Source: Candidatus Melainabacteria bacterium 17Bon1m
Lineage (GTDB): Bacteria > Cyanobacteriota > Vampirovibrionia > Obscuribacterales > Obscuribacteraceae
DNA: 64,000 nt
Assembly (NCBI GenBank): GCA_032128875.1
Contig: JAVLKG010000002.1
Location: 192,001 to 256,000, forward strand
Reading direction: 5' to 3'
Shown here: piece after piece, positions 28,828-38,834 of the stretch
Position numbering within the stretch: the stretch's first letter is position 1
How the letters are laid out: each line of letters begins with the position of its first letter
Notes under the pieces: model-generated
Database searches by the model: none
Told to the model about the DNA's origin: nothing
The model's input: only the letters and a program-made list of their open reading frames with translations
Made by a program: the position numbers and the translations under genes

Positions 28828-28940
28828 AACAGCCGTGAAAAGATGAAGCAGTCGCTTGAACGTGATTCAGCAATTCGACGCTGAGCCTAGGGAAGGAAAC
28901 TGAGTTTATAGTCAAATCTCATTGGAGTTTGTGAAAGGTC

Positions 28941-30116
28941 ATGAATCATTCTTCCAAACCGCGAATCATTGCCGCATTGTTTGCCACTTTGGTGGCGGTT
29001 TCCGGTAGTGTGCCTGCGTTCTCGCAGGATGGCATGGCTGCTGAGCAAGCCAGAGAAAGACAAGAACTCCAAGATATGCGCGACGAAGTCGGCGACATCA
29101 AAGGCACCATTAATGATGCTATGCGTCAGATGACCGAGTTGAATAATCAAATGAAAAACAATGAGTATTTCGAGGCTCATTTGTTCGCCAAAGAATCTAC
29201 AGTGAAGGTAGCTGGCGATGTTTCGATAACTGCTCTAACCTATAATGGAAAACTCCCCGGACCAGAGCTTAAGTTTTTCCAGGGCGATAAGGTTAGGCTG
29301 GTCTTGCACAATCAAATGAAGTTTCCCACCAGCCTGCATCTTCATGGAATGATTATTCCCGGAACAGTCGATGGATTGCCGCGCCCTGACTCGGGTATCG
29401 TGAAGCCGGGTGCAACTTATGCGTATCAATTCATCGCCAATCAACCTGGGACTTACTGGTATCACCCACAAGTCATCCATGGAGATCAGAAGGCGAAAGG
29501 TCTCTTTGGCTCTTTTGTAATTTTGCCGAAGGGCAATCAGCGTGCTGATGTGCCTGACAAAGATGTTGTACTTGTTATAGGCGACATGAAAGCTGAGTAT
29601 CGGAGTTCTGAGAGCAGAGCAAGCGCTCCATCCGGCGGTTATGACGGAGGCACCACTGCAAAAGGCGATGCCGCAAGTCAGTCGTTGTCTGGCTCACCAA
29701 TGCGAATTTTTCAAGCCGTTGCGACGAGCAAAAAAGACGCTCAAACTTTCTATTTGATCAATGGTAAAAGTGCACCAATGGCGCCACCAATCGATGTGCG
29801 CCGTGGGCAGAAAGTGCGCTTGCGCATCATCAACAGCGGGCAAACTGCCGTGCCGCTGCACTTAAGCGGACATAGATTCGAAGTGCTCGCGAGAGATGGC
29901 AGCGACATGCTGGAGCCTCGGGTTTACCGGGACACAATCACGGTTAATGCGGGCGAGCGTGTCGACGTTGAATTCACGGCGGACAATCCCGGACTCTGGG
30001 CGTTGGCGTCGGAAGTGTTTGAGCAAGCGTCGCGCGAAGGTCGCACTCCTGGTGGCATCGCTTGCATTCTGCGCTATACCGACATCGTAGAGCCAGCGTT
30101 GCAAAACCCTAACTAG
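28941..30116 (+). CDS. Secreted two-domain multicopper-oxidase-fold protein with degenerate copper sites
   Basis: Signal peptide; YNGKLPGP, TSLHLHG, GTYWYHP, INGK, LHLSGHRF, ADNPGLW. Confidence 0.85.
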   Translation: MNHSSKPRIIAALFATLVAVSGSVPAFSQDGMAAEQARERQELQDMRDEVGDIKGTINDAMRQMTELNNQMKNNEYFEAHLFAKESTVKVAGDVSITALTYNGKLPGPELKFFQGDKVRLVLHNQMKFPTSLHLHGMIIPGTVDGLPRPDSGIVKPGATYAYQFIANQPGTYWYHPQVIHGDQKAKGLFGSFVILPKGNQRADVPDKDVVLVIGDMKAEYRSSESRASAPSGGYDGGTTAKGDAASQSLSGSPMRIFQAVATSKKDAQTFYLINGKSAPMAPPIDVRRGQKVRLRIINSGQTAVPLHLSGHRFEVLARDGSDMLEPRVYRDTITVNAGERVDVEFTADNPGLWALASEVFEQASREGRTPGGIACILRYTDIVEPALQNPN

Positions 30117-30137
30117 ACAGCGAAGCGGTTCTATAGC

Positions 30138-30187
30138 GTGGGGTCGCATTGCATGCGACCGAATTGGTATTGCGCATTGCACGCTAC
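30138..30187. repeat. REP-like palindrome with degenerate partner
   Basis: GTGGGGTCGCATTGCATGCGACC between convergent genes. Confidence 0.75.
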
Positions 30188-30189
30188 TG

Positions 30190-30495
30190 CTAATTGCCTT
30201 CTCTAAGCTGTTCCAAGCGCAGGTTCACTTTCTCTCTGGGCAGCCCGGTATGCTGGCAGAATGCGCTCCATCCAACTTCAATCACTTCTTCCCAGTGCTT
30301 GAAGAAAATGTCTGTGTTGAAATAACCTTCTCCCAGCTCGAAAGAATAATCCGCGAGAATTGCTTTTGCCATGTCATGCTGAATCATGTGCTGGAGGTCA
30401 AACCACTGATCCTCCACCGCCAACTCGAACAATATGCCGAGAAACTCCTTTTGAGAGTAACGACTTTCGGCTAATTGTTTGAGCTTATCGTCCAT
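30190..30495 (-). CDS. Small hypothetical protein (101 aa)
   Basis: Protein-like sequence from MDDKLKQL; the upstream extension in the ORF track looks non-coding. Confidence 0.7.
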   Translation of the reverse strand: MDDKLKQLAESRYSQKEFLGILFELAVEDQWFDLQHMIQHDMAKAILADYSFELGEGYFNTDIFFKHWEEVIEVGWSAFCQHTGLPREKVNLRLEQLREGN

Positions 30496-30710
30496 CTGAT
30501 TTGTGTGTGAAACTGACGACCGTGATTCCAACAAATTCTTTCTGACTTGTCTGCCACGAAAACTAAGGCGGGCAGGGTCTGGACATATCATTAAATTAGC
30601 ATAAGAGTGAGTTTTCGCATCCAATTCCTCTCAAAATTTCATCTACAGGATTGCCGAAAAGGCTGATATGTCCTTGGTTTATAATGTGCATACTCTCGAG
30701 GAGCATATCC

Positions 30711-32045
30711 ATGCCTAATTTGACGAATGCTGATTGGTTGGAGCGCGACACGCGTTATCTTGCGCCCACCTATCACCGATGCTTCGAGATAGTTACCGAG
30801 AGTGCTAAGGGCGCATATCTCTACGACGTCGAGGGCAACCAATATCTCGATTTTACGATGGGAATCGCCGTAAACAACGTCGGGCATTGCCATCCCAGCG
30901 TTGTAAGAGCTGCGCAGGCGCAAGTCGAAAAATTGATTCACTGCTCGGCTGTGACCCGTCATACAATGAATATCAAGCTCGCGGAAAAAATTGCTGAGAT
31001 CGCGCCCGCGGGGCTCGATTGTGTTTTTCTCAATAACAGCGGTGGGGAAGCTGTCGACGCTGCCATCAAAATGGCGCGCTTCGTCACAGGGCGACCCAAC
31101 GTCATTGCCTTCAACGGCGCATTTCACGGGCGCACGCTTCTAGCAACCGCGCTAACGACGGCTAAATCACATTATCGGCAAGGCTACGAACCTCTGCCTT
31201 CCGGGGTTCTGCACGCACCTTACCCTTACTGTCTTCGCTGCCCGGTGGGTCAGGTTCCAGGCAAATGCAAGCTCGAATGCTTCGATGTTCTTGAATCAAT
31301 GTTCGCGCATCAGGTCAAGCCAGATACGGTTGGTGCAATTTTGATTGAACCGATGATGGGTGAGGGCGGGTATGTTGTTCCGGCGACAGGCTATAAGGTC
31401 GACAACGGATACATGCAACGTCTGCGCAAACTTTGCGATCAGCATGGCATCATGCTCATCATCGATGAAGTTCAGTCTGGTTTTGGACGTACGGGGAAGT
31501 GGTTTGCATGTGAGCATTACGATGTCGTTCCGGACATCATGATTGTGGCCAAGGGTATTGCAAGCGGTTTTCCAATGGCTGGTATCGTGTCCCGTAAGGA
31601 ATTGATGGACAAGTGGACGATGGGACGTCACGGTAGCACATATGGTGGCAATCCAGTCGCGTGTGCCGCTGCTCTTGCATCAATTGATGTGATTGAGAAA
31701 GACAATTTGCTGGAAAACACTCGCAAGATGGGCGAGTATTTTATGTCTCGCCTCAATGAGTTTAAGTTGCAATATTCATTTATCAAGGAAGTTCGTGGGC
31801 TTGGCTTGATGATTGGAATGGAAGTCGCCGATGAAACGGGCGCTCCTGATGGCCAACTTATTGAAAAATTGGTCGACGAGTGCTTTAAGAGAAAGCTTCT
31901 TTTGCTGGATTGCGGTATAAAGAATCACATCATCAGATTCGTCCCTCCATTGAATGTAACCAAGGCGGAAATTGATAAGGCGATTTCAATTATCGAGGAA
32001 GCTTTGCCTGCGGCGATTGCTGCTAGGTTGCGCTGCGCTGGTTGA
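30711..32045 (+). CDS. gabT: Class III aminotransferase, 4-aminobutyrate aminotransferase-like
   Basis: YLDF, VGHCHP, SGGEAV, FHGRT, IEPMMGEGG, DEVQSGFGRTG, AKGIASG, STYGGNP; GAGGAG RBS; substrate assignment less certain than family. Confidence 0.8.
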   Translation: MPNLTNADWLERDTRYLAPTYHRCFEIVTESAKGAYLYDVEGNQYLDFTMGIAVNNVGHCHPSVVRAAQAQVEKLIHCSAVTRHTMNIKLAEKIAEIAPAGLDCVFLNNSGGEAVDAAIKMARFVTGRPNVIAFNGAFHGRTLLATALTTAKSHYRQGYEPLPSGVLHAPYPYCLRCPVGQVPGKCKLECFDVLESMFAHQVKPDTVGAILIEPMMGEGGYVVPATGYKVDNGYMQRLRKLCDQHGIMLIIDEVQSGFGRTGKWFACEHYDVVPDIMIVAKGIASGFPMAGIVSRKELMDKWTMGRHGSTYGGNPVACAAALASIDVIEKDNLLENTRKMGEYFMSRLNEFKLQYSFIKEVRGLGLMIGMEVADETGAPDGQLIEKLVDECFKRKLLLLDCGIKNHIIRFVPPLNVTKAEIDKAISIIEEALPAAIAARLRCAG

Positions 32046-32050
32046 GAAGC

Positions 32051-32100
32051 GTAGGGATGATGCCTGGCATCGCCCGGTCGACGCATGGTGTCTACCCTAC
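32051..32100. repeat. Inverted pair of degenerate GTAG-type REP-like palindromes
   Basis: GTAGGGATGATGCCTGGCATCGCCC...GGTCGACGCATGGTGTCTACCCTAC. Confidence 0.7.
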
Positions 32101-32133
32101 AGTAGAATTGCAGAGGGTGTACTTTCCGCGTTT

Positions 32134-33015
32134 GTGTTGACGTTTTTTATTTGCGGTATTGCACTCGCGCAAGGTGGACTGGGCGAGCAGAGTGCACCCA
32201 GTGCACCCGGTGTACAAGCTCCAGCAAATCAACAAGCTCCAGCCAATCAACAGGCTCCAGCAAATCAACAGTCTGCAGTAATCGCGCCAGGAGCGCAAGA
32301 CTCCGCTGTTTCATCGACCAACCAACTTCGCCTGTTGCCGCTGACAAATGTGTTGCCGCCACAGTTTGTGCGCATGGCTCCCTATGGTTCGCCACCAATC
32401 ACATCTGACTATTGCGCGTCCGTTTTGGCTGCGACGAAAAATCGTGTGCTGCGTTTCAAAAGCATGCCGGTAAAGGTCTACATCACGCCTTTTCCCGAGC
32501 CCGGCTTTACCGAGTCGTGCATCAAAGGCTTTGATGAATGGGAGAATCGAACAAACGGTCTGATTGCATTTCTTAGAGTTGACGATCCAGAGCAAGCGCG
32601 CGTAAGAGTCGTCTGGAAGCGCCTCGGTGATAAGGGGAATTCGAAAGATTGCATGCTCGGAGCGCAGACAATCACGCGCTGGCAGGCAAAGCATCCGACT
32701 CCAATGGGGGTGGTGCCGGTATCAGGAATTCCTGTTCCGATTTTTATTCCAAGAATTGGCGCGCAATATTCGGTAGAGCCGCAAATCATCGAAGTTAATC
32801 TTGATCTGGTCTATTCGCGCGATAAGGACGTAAGACTCCTCGTTTTGAAAAACATCGTGACGCACGAATTGGGGCACGCACTCGGTCTTCTTGGGCATAG
32901 TCCGGTGCGAGCCGACCTTATGTATCCGGAAACAGATGAGACCTCGCGTCTGTCCCAACGCGATATCAATACGATCAACAAGCTCTATCAAATGAAAGTG
33001 GACATCCCTCTTTAG
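32134..33015 (+). CDS. Secreted matrixin/metzincin-family zinc metalloprotease
   Basis: HELGHALGLLGHS and Met-turn ADLMYP; 3x APANQQ repeats; start uncertain. Confidence 0.85.
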   Translation: MLTFFICGIALAQGGLGEQSAPSAPGVQAPANQQAPANQQAPANQQSAVIAPGAQDSAVSSTNQLRLLPLTNVLPPQFVRMAPYGSPPITSDYCASVLAATKNRVLRFKSMPVKVYITPFPEPGFTESCIKGFDEWENRTNGLIAFLRVDDPEQARVRVVWKRLGDKGNSKDCMLGAQTITRWQAKHPTPMGVVPVSGIPVPIFIPRIGAQYSVEPQIIEVNLDLVYSRDKDVRLLVLKNIVTHELGHALGLLGHSPVRADLMYPETDETSRLSQRDINTINKLYQMKVDIPL

Positions 33016-33196
33016 ACTCTCTCGATGTTTTTTAGCGGAACCTAGCATTGCCGTATGCCTCGGAAGTTTTATTACTGCTGAGGACATCGATCTTGGCGCC
33101 AGCCGCTCGAAAGACTGTGTCACCGAATATGGTGGCTATGTTGACCGGACAAACAACATGGAAGTGAGACCTGAATCACTGCGATGCAATTGCGCT

Positions 33197-33218
33197 GGGG
33201 CGCTTTGCATGCGCCTCC
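33197..33218. repeat. Degenerate REP-like palindrome
   Basis: GGGGCGC-TTTGCAT-GCGCCTCC between convergent genes. Confidence 0.5.
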
Positions 33219-33222
33219 ATTT

Positions 33223-33915
33223 TTATTCTCGACGCTCGTAAGAATTGCTACCGACATTGAAAGTTTGCCGCGTGCGCATATCCATCAAACGGTTGGTCTT
33301 CTCTAGTTGCAACAGCACGCGACGCTTGTCCGCCATGGTTCCGGCAATCGGACGTCCCGTTTTATCAACCGCCTTCGGATCACTGAGTACGCGCATGCAA
33401 TCCAAACACAAGTTCGACTGCTGCGTAACATAAATTGCATAGCCGCGATGAATCTGCTGGGTTTCCGACATGGAATCAAGCTCTTTTATTCGATTGAATG
33501 CCTCGGCATAACGCCCAGCCATGTCTTCTAAAAACTTCTGGTCGCCCTCCGATAAGCCGGAGCCCGGCGGCTTGTTCATGAGTTGGTCGAAGTACTGCCG
33601 CTCGTCTGGCGTGCTCTCGCATTTCCTGCGAATGTCGTCGTACTCCGCAAACCACCTGTCCACGTCGTTTACCGCCGTTGGCTGGTAATACTTGCTTGTG
33701 CCGGGGACGTACTTCTTATCGCCTTTCTGCTGCATCTCTTGGTCAGCAGAAGGACCTTCTTTAGCCTCATCTGGTTCGTCAAAGCCTGTTGTGTCATAAC
33801 CACCCTGGGCCACCGCGGCAGGCTGGCAAAGGTTTGCCAATGAAAACGCACCAATAGCCGACAGAACAGCTAAATTCTGTGCTTGTTTCAAACCAAAACT
33901 CAACAGGCGCCGCAC
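33223..33915 (-). CDS. Secreted helical hypothetical protein, paralog of neighbour
   Basis: GGAGG RBS, signal peptide, motifs shared with 33972-34655. Confidence 0.8.
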   Translation of the reverse strand: MRRLLSFGLKQAQNLAVLSAIGAFSLANLCQPAAVAQGGYDTTGFDEPDEAKEGPSADQEMQQKGDKKYVPGTSKYYQPTAVNDVDRWFAEYDDIRRKCESTPDERQYFDQLMNKPPGSGLSEGDQKFLEDMAGRYAEAFNRIKELDSMSETQQIHRGYAIYVTQQSNLCLDCMRVLSDPKAVDKTGRPIAGTMADKRRVLLQLEKTNRLMDMRTRQTFNVGSNSYERRE

Positions 33916-33971
33916 GTCCGACCTCCGGACTCAGTACATCCTATATATTCCCGTTTGAGCCTGGAAATCGA

Positions 33972-34655
33972 TTAATAGCGATAGGGTGGGATATTGAACT
34001 GCTGGCGCAATTGCTCGTCGAGCGCCTTGTTGTTCATGTCGAGCGTTTCGAGGGCTTGCTTTTTACCCATCAGCACACCCGCAAGCGGTTTGCCAGTGGC
34101 CTCATCCATTGCGAATAGGTTTCCCTGAACCCGCAGGTAGTCCGAAAAGAGCTCACGGGCTTGCGAAAAATATTGGTAATAACCACGATGAAGCTGCTCT
34201 GTCTCGCGAAAAAGGGGCAGTGCCTTCATTTGCTCGGCGGCGGTTTGATATTTGCCGACCAATTTGGACAGGAGATTTTGGGTCACGAGTTTCTCGTCGC
34301 CAGCCAGCATTGCACCCAGCCCTGACATGCCTTTTGACATCAATCCATCTGCTCTAGCCTTTTCTGCCGGCGACATTTGAGCTTGGCGTCTCACCTGGTC
34401 ATACCGCTCGAACCACTGATGAATGTTGCCTCCGCCGCGATTCATCTGATTCGCCTGCATTCCCATCTGACCCGCGGGCACCGGGCTGACCGGGATGTTA
34501 GCTATGTCGTTAGGGCTTTGCGCCAGCGCAACGGTGCAGGGCTGAACAATTGTCAAAACCATCACCGCCGTGCTCATAGCGAGCCTGGCAGCAAATTTCT
34601 GCTTGCCGTTTGAAACTTTCGCGAATGATTTGCTGACAAAAGGCAACATTGGCAC
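33972..34655 (-). CDS. Secreted helical hypothetical protein, paralog of neighbour
   Basis: Signal peptide ending ALA-Q; WFxxYDxxRR and ETxQxHRGY shared with 33223-33915. Confidence 0.8.
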   Translation of the reverse strand: MPMLPFVSKSFAKVSNGKQKFAARLAMSTAVMVLTIVQPCTVALAQSPNDIANIPVSPVPAGQMGMQANQMNRGGGNIHQWFERYDQVRRQAQMSPAEKARADGLMSKGMSGLGAMLAGDEKLVTQNLLSKLVGKYQTAAEQMKALPLFRETEQLHRGYYQYFSQARELFSDYLRVQGNLFAMDEATGKPLAGVLMGKKQALETLDMNNKALDEQLRQQFNIPPYRY

Positions 34656-34810
34656 CCCAGCAGGAACTGTAGATATTCTAGCCTTATCAAGCCAAACATG
34701 CCTGAAAGCCGGATTATGCGAAAGAGTAGGGTTTTCGGGTATGAAAGTTAAGAACGGCTTCCGAGCCCGATGAGACCGATAACTACTTCAGCAAGGGATC
34801 CTTAAAGATA

Positions 34811-35695
34811 ATGACGATTTTGGTAGCCGTCAAGAAGAACGGAAAAGTATATTTGGGCTCCGACCGAATCACGACGTTCGGCAACGAGTACGTGACTGAC
34901 TTAGTACGCGGGTCGAAAATAATCAAATTGAAGCATGCCTATCTGGCTACCAGCGGGTATTCTTTGCTCGACAATATTATTGAGCACCTGTATCGAAACA
35001 ATCACAAGATGATGGAGAACACCTTCTCCGACCGAAGCCACGTCTTCTCGTTCTTCCTAGAGCTGTATAACGAACTGAAGAAGTCCTTCACCCTTGTCGA
35101 GCCAGGCAAGGACACCTTTGCGTCGATGTACAACGTCTTTCTGGTCGTCACACCGACGAGCATTTATGGTGTTTCGACCAATTTGAGCGTTAGTGAATAT
35201 CCGCGTTTTGCTGCACGTGGTGCGGGTTCGGATTATTCCGTCGGCTGTCTGTATGGTCTATATGATGTGCTTGATGATGGTTTGGAACTCACAAGAGTGG
35301 CGTTAGAAGCGGCGTGCCACTTTAACGTCTATTGCAAGGAACCGCTAGATATTTTGGAAGTGAAGGCGTCCGATTTTGGCAAGTCCTTCAAAGACACGCA
35401 CAAGGTCCCGCAAAGTCATTTGACGACTTTCACGTCCTTGACTGGTCTGCAGGGTAAATTTGTTTCTTCGAATGGGAAGGGGTCTTCATTTTCTAAAATT
35501 GGCACAGCTGAAGGGCAGACCACTAGTGGTTCGGCAAAGGCAGCACGTGTGAGGAAAACTTCAAAGACATCCGCTGCAAAGTCAGCGGTTCCAAAGTCAC
35601 CAACTGCAAAAGTCTCGGCCGCAAAATCAACGCCGCGAGCGAAAAAGCCTATAACTACTGGTGGTGGCAAAGCGAAGAAAGGTCGCCGGAGGTAA
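34811..35695 (+). CDS. Ntn-hydrolase proteasome beta-subunit homolog (BPH/HslV-like) with basic C-terminal tail
   Basis: N-terminal Thr after Met, GSDRITTFG, SKII, GAGSDYSVG, ALEAACHF. Confidence 0.8.
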   Translation: MTILVAVKKNGKVYLGSDRITTFGNEYVTDLVRGSKIIKLKHAYLATSGYSLLDNIIEHLYRNNHKMMENTFSDRSHVFSFFLELYNELKKSFTLVEPGKDTFASMYNVFLVVTPTSIYGVSTNLSVSEYPRFAARGAGSDYSVGCLYGLYDVLDDGLELTRVALEAACHFNVYCKEPLDILEVKASDFGKSFKDTHKVPQSHLTTFTSLTGLQGKFVSSNGKGSSFSKIGTAEGQTTSGSAKAARVRKTSKTSAAKSAVPKSPTAKVSAAKSTPRAKKPITTGGGKAKKGRRR

Positions 35696-35740
35696 ATGGA
35701 TTCTGTGCTAATCTTGCTGTGTCGGTATGCTTGATTCGCT

Positions 35741-36481
35741 ATGGATGACCATATACAAGCCGTAATTACAATCATCGGAATGACATGCGACGTCATGGGT
35801 GGTCTGTATTTGGCATATGATTTGTTGGGTGGAGAGAATGGACCACTCGCTCGATTGACGAAGATAGTCAATTACAGCGTTTTGCTGGTGCTGCTTTTCT
35901 TGACGACAATGGGCTTCAAATTCGCGCTTATTGTAGGGCTAGCTTTTGGCACAGCGCTCGGATTGCATTTCGATAGAGCGGGGAAAGGCATTCCTGACAC
36001 GAATAAGTTTCTTCTTTTCACTGCTGTATTGCGCGGTGTCGCGATAACTGCAGCTGTTTGGATAAAGGAAAACCATATCTTGGGTCTGGTCATGGGTGCG
36101 CTGGTTTTTGGCATGTCTCTGATTTTGCCTCGTCTAAAGATTTCACCGACTACCCTATACAACTCAGGCAACAAGCCGCAATTGAGCTGGCGGCAAGTAA
36201 TAATTGCGTTCGTGTTGATGGCAGTAGCAATCGCTTCGGGCTTATTCGGCGCTAGTATCGCCCATGGTGATGCACGTACTATTGGTTTCGTCATCAAATT
36301 CGGCTTGACGTTTGGCTTCGCAATTTTTGTGACGTCAATCATCAGCCCCGTCATCGAATGGTATTCCGATCACCTGCCACCGCAATCGTTCGGCACCGCC
36401 GGAGTCGCACTCTTCATCATTGGTTTCGTCATTCAAGCCATTCCATCATTTGCAACGATTTTCGATATGACGAAGAGATGA
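35741..36481 (+). CDS. Hypothetical integral membrane protein
   Basis: 246 aa with multiple hydrophobic segments. Confidence 0.75.
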   Translation: MDDHIQAVITIIGMTCDVMGGLYLAYDLLGGENGPLARLTKIVNYSVLLVLLFLTTMGFKFALIVGLAFGTALGLHFDRAGKGIPDTNKFLLFTAVLRGVAITAAVWIKENHILGLVMGALVFGMSLILPRLKISPTTLYNSGNKPQLSWRQVIIAFVLMAVAIASGLFGASIAHGDARTIGFVIKFGLTFGFAIFVTSIISPVIEWYSDHLPPQSFGTAGVALFIIGFVIQAIPSFATIFDMTKR

Positions 36482-37107
36482 AAATTCCTTTTCCATCTCT
36501 TTCGTTTCCAAATGAAAGATTAGCATTCCGCACTATCGAAACCATGAAAAAGGTTCGGCACCTTGCGTGTGATTTGAAAGTCGTTGCGCAGGCAAGTTCT
36601 TGTGCAGAGCTAGAGAAACAATGGGTTTTGGAAAGTGTCGAAAAGCTCGAATTGTTGACTTACGAAATGATTCTCAACATACAGAACAACAATAATCTGA
36701 GCATCGTTGATGATACTTTTACTGAACATGATTTGGAAGAATTGCGTGCCGCAGTTAGTACCGAAATAGCCGAGTATGACATGGCTTCAGTGACCTGGCA
36801 GCAAATTCAAGACACAGAACTGAATCCATGCGTAGATGAAGAGTCAGCCAAAAAGTGCCTCAGGATTTACACATCAATTGAGCAGTGCCTTAACGCTTAC
36901 TGTGGCAAAATTCGCCGATTGCGATGTCGAAGGAACAAAAAAGTTGACTACGTCATTTATGTTGGCTATTTGCTGAGCTTCTGTGCAGAGGGAAAATTGG
37001 GTTTCTATCTTTTTCACAAAGAACTGGTTCCCGATAAGTTCTGGAGAAGCGTGGTTCAAGGTTATAGGCGAAATGCTGAAAAGAATTTACGTGAGATAGT
37101 GGGCTAG
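36478..37107 (+). CDS. Hypothetical protein
   Basis: ATGA overlap with the upstream stop; no family recognised. Confidence 0.6.
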   Translation: MKIPFPSLSFPNERLAFRTIETMKKVRHLACDLKVVAQASSCAELEKQWVLESVEKLELLTYEMILNIQNNNNLSIVDDTFTEHDLEELRAAVSTEIAEYDMASVTWQQIQDTELNPCVDEESAKKCLRIYTSIEQCLNAYCGKIRRLRCRRNKKVDYVIYVGYLLSFCAEGKLGFYLFHKELVPDKFWRSVVQGYRRNAEKNLREIVG

Positions 37108-37347
37108 GTATTCCGTACCTCTTGCAGTGATTAGAAACTTTCTTTCGCCGATTTCGATATGGCGATTATCTTTGAGCCAATTTAATGCAGACTCGATTTC
37201 GAGAACGTCTTGAATCCCTAGCAATTCCATCAAGAGCAAGCCTGATGCACCGCCAGGCTGATTGTTACTGTGTTTTCTTTGATGATCAAGTATCCGCAAG
37301 ATGCCAATGCGAATTCCTTCCTCATTCAATTTCTTTTGGTCTGTCAT
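37087..37347 (-). CDS. Small hypothetical protein, possible winged helix
   Basis: GGAG RBS; ESALNWLKDNRHIE...FLITARGTEYL resembles the wHTH wing pattern. Confidence 0.6.
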   Translation of the reverse strand: MTDQKKLNEEGIRIGILRILDHQRKHSNNQPGGASGLLLMELLGIQDVLEIESALNWLKDNRHIEIGERKFLITARGTEYLAHYLT

Positions 37348-37382
37348 TTCGAAATTGCTCCACTTCCAATATGACACGAAAC

Positions 37383-37438
37383 GGGTGAGGCATGGCCTCG
37401 CCGCTACACAACCGGTCGACGCATGGGGGCGACCCTAC
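37383..37438. repeat. Two REP-like palindromes; GTAG overlaps the aroA TAG stop
   Basis: Minus strand GTAGGGTCGCCCCCATGCGTCGACC and GTAGCGGCGAGGCCATGCCTCACCC. Confidence 0.7.
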
Positions 37439-38721
37439 AATAAAGACTTCAAATCATCCGCAAAGTTGGGATACGAAATTCTAGGTGATTCGGTTTCTTC
37501 AAGTTCCAAACTTTCGTCGCAAACCAATTGTGCCACCAAGCCGGTCATGGCGAGTCGGTGGTCGTCAGCGGTTGCCCAGTGCGAGCCGCCCTTCAAACGA
37601 TCGCTTCCTTTGATGGTAAAGCCATCTTCGCGCAGATCAATTTCTGCACCAGCGGCGCGTAAATTGTTGGCGATCAATGCGAGGCGGTCTGATTCTTTGT
37701 GGCGCAATTCTTCTGCGCCAGAAACAGAGAGCTCGCCTTTGCAGAGAGCGCCTGCCAGAGCCAAGATCGGTATCTCGTCGATGCCGCGCGCAATTTCCTC
37801 TCCAGTGACTGCGGCGGACGAGAGTTCGCCGTTGTAACGCACGCGAATGTCCGCAACTGGTTCGCCCGAAAGTGAATTTACTCCGATTACTTTGATGTCT
37901 GCATTCATTCGAGAGAGGACTTCAAGAATGAGCGTGCGTCCTGGATTTATGCCAACGTTTTTCAACGTAATTGACGAACCAGGAATAACTGCAGCTGCCA
38001 CCATAAAAAATGCAGCGGAAGAAATGTCAGCAGGCACAACCATGTCTTTCGATGGGATTTCGTCTTCGATTGCTGACACTCTGGTCGTCAATTCATCGGC
38101 AGCTTCAAACGGAATTTCCAAATAGGTAAACATCCGCCTGGTGTGATCTCTCGCGGGAAATGGAAGTTTCACTGTTGTCCTTCCACTTGCCTGCAAGCCG
38201 GCAAGCAAAATTGCTGTTTCAACCTGAGCCGATGCAACATCCAGATCAAATGTTTTCCCTGTCAGATTGCCACCCTTGATGCGAAAAGGCGCCAGACCCT
38301 CGGATTTCACCCAAGAAATCTCAGCACCCATCTCAGCGACACGTGTGAGCACGCGCTTCATCGGACGTTTGCGCAGCGACGCATCGCCATCGAATTCATA
38401 TTCATGCGGACGACCGGCAAGTAGCCCTGAGAGCAAACGCATTGTCGTCCCGCTATTGCCTGCGTCTAGAATTGCTGTGGGCGCGCCGATACCCTGTAAA
38501 CCCTTCGAATTTACAATCGCTGTCGGCGTGTCTGTGTCGTCGAGCAGTTCGATGTCCACGCCAGTAGAGCGCAAGCAAGCAACTGTACTCAAGCAGTCAT
38601 GAGCAGGCGAAAGCCCTTCAATTTTGGATGTGCCCGTGGTCAGGCATGCAAACATAAGCGCTCTGTGCGTTATGGATTTGTCGCCCGGCACAGCTATAGT
38701 GCCTTGTAATGCTTTATGCAC
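37435..38721 (-). CDS. aroA: 3-phosphoshikimate 1-carboxyvinyltransferase (EPSP synthase)
   Basis: PGDKSITHR, DAGNSGTTMRL, RKRPM, ASAQV, RDHT, ELRHKESDR, DHRLAM. Confidence 0.98.
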   Translation of the reverse strand: MHKALQGTIAVPGDKSITHRALMFACLTTGTSKIEGLSPAHDCLSTVACLRSTGVDIELLDDTDTPTAIVNSKGLQGIGAPTAILDAGNSGTTMRLLSGLLAGRPHEYEFDGDASLRKRPMKRVLTRVAEMGAEISWVKSEGLAPFRIKGGNLTGKTFDLDVASAQVETAILLAGLQASGRTTVKLPFPARDHTRRMFTYLEIPFEAADELTTRVSAIEDEIPSKDMVVPADISSAAFFMVAAAVIPGSSITLKNVGINPGRTLILEVLSRMNADIKVIGVNSLSGEPVADIRVRYNGELSSAAVTGEEIARGIDEIPILALAGALCKGELSVSGAEELRHKESDRLALIANNLRAAGAEIDLREDGFTIKGSDRLKGGSHWATADDHRLAMTGLVAQLVCDESLELEETESPRISYPNFADDLKSLL

Positions 38722-38834
38722 AGCCGATCACTCTTAATGACAGTAATTGAGACCGTTATTGTAAGATGTTTTTGACCTAAGTCTCACCACCTTTGCTCCA
38801 AAGGTTCACAATAAAGCGGAGAAGGCCCGTCTAC

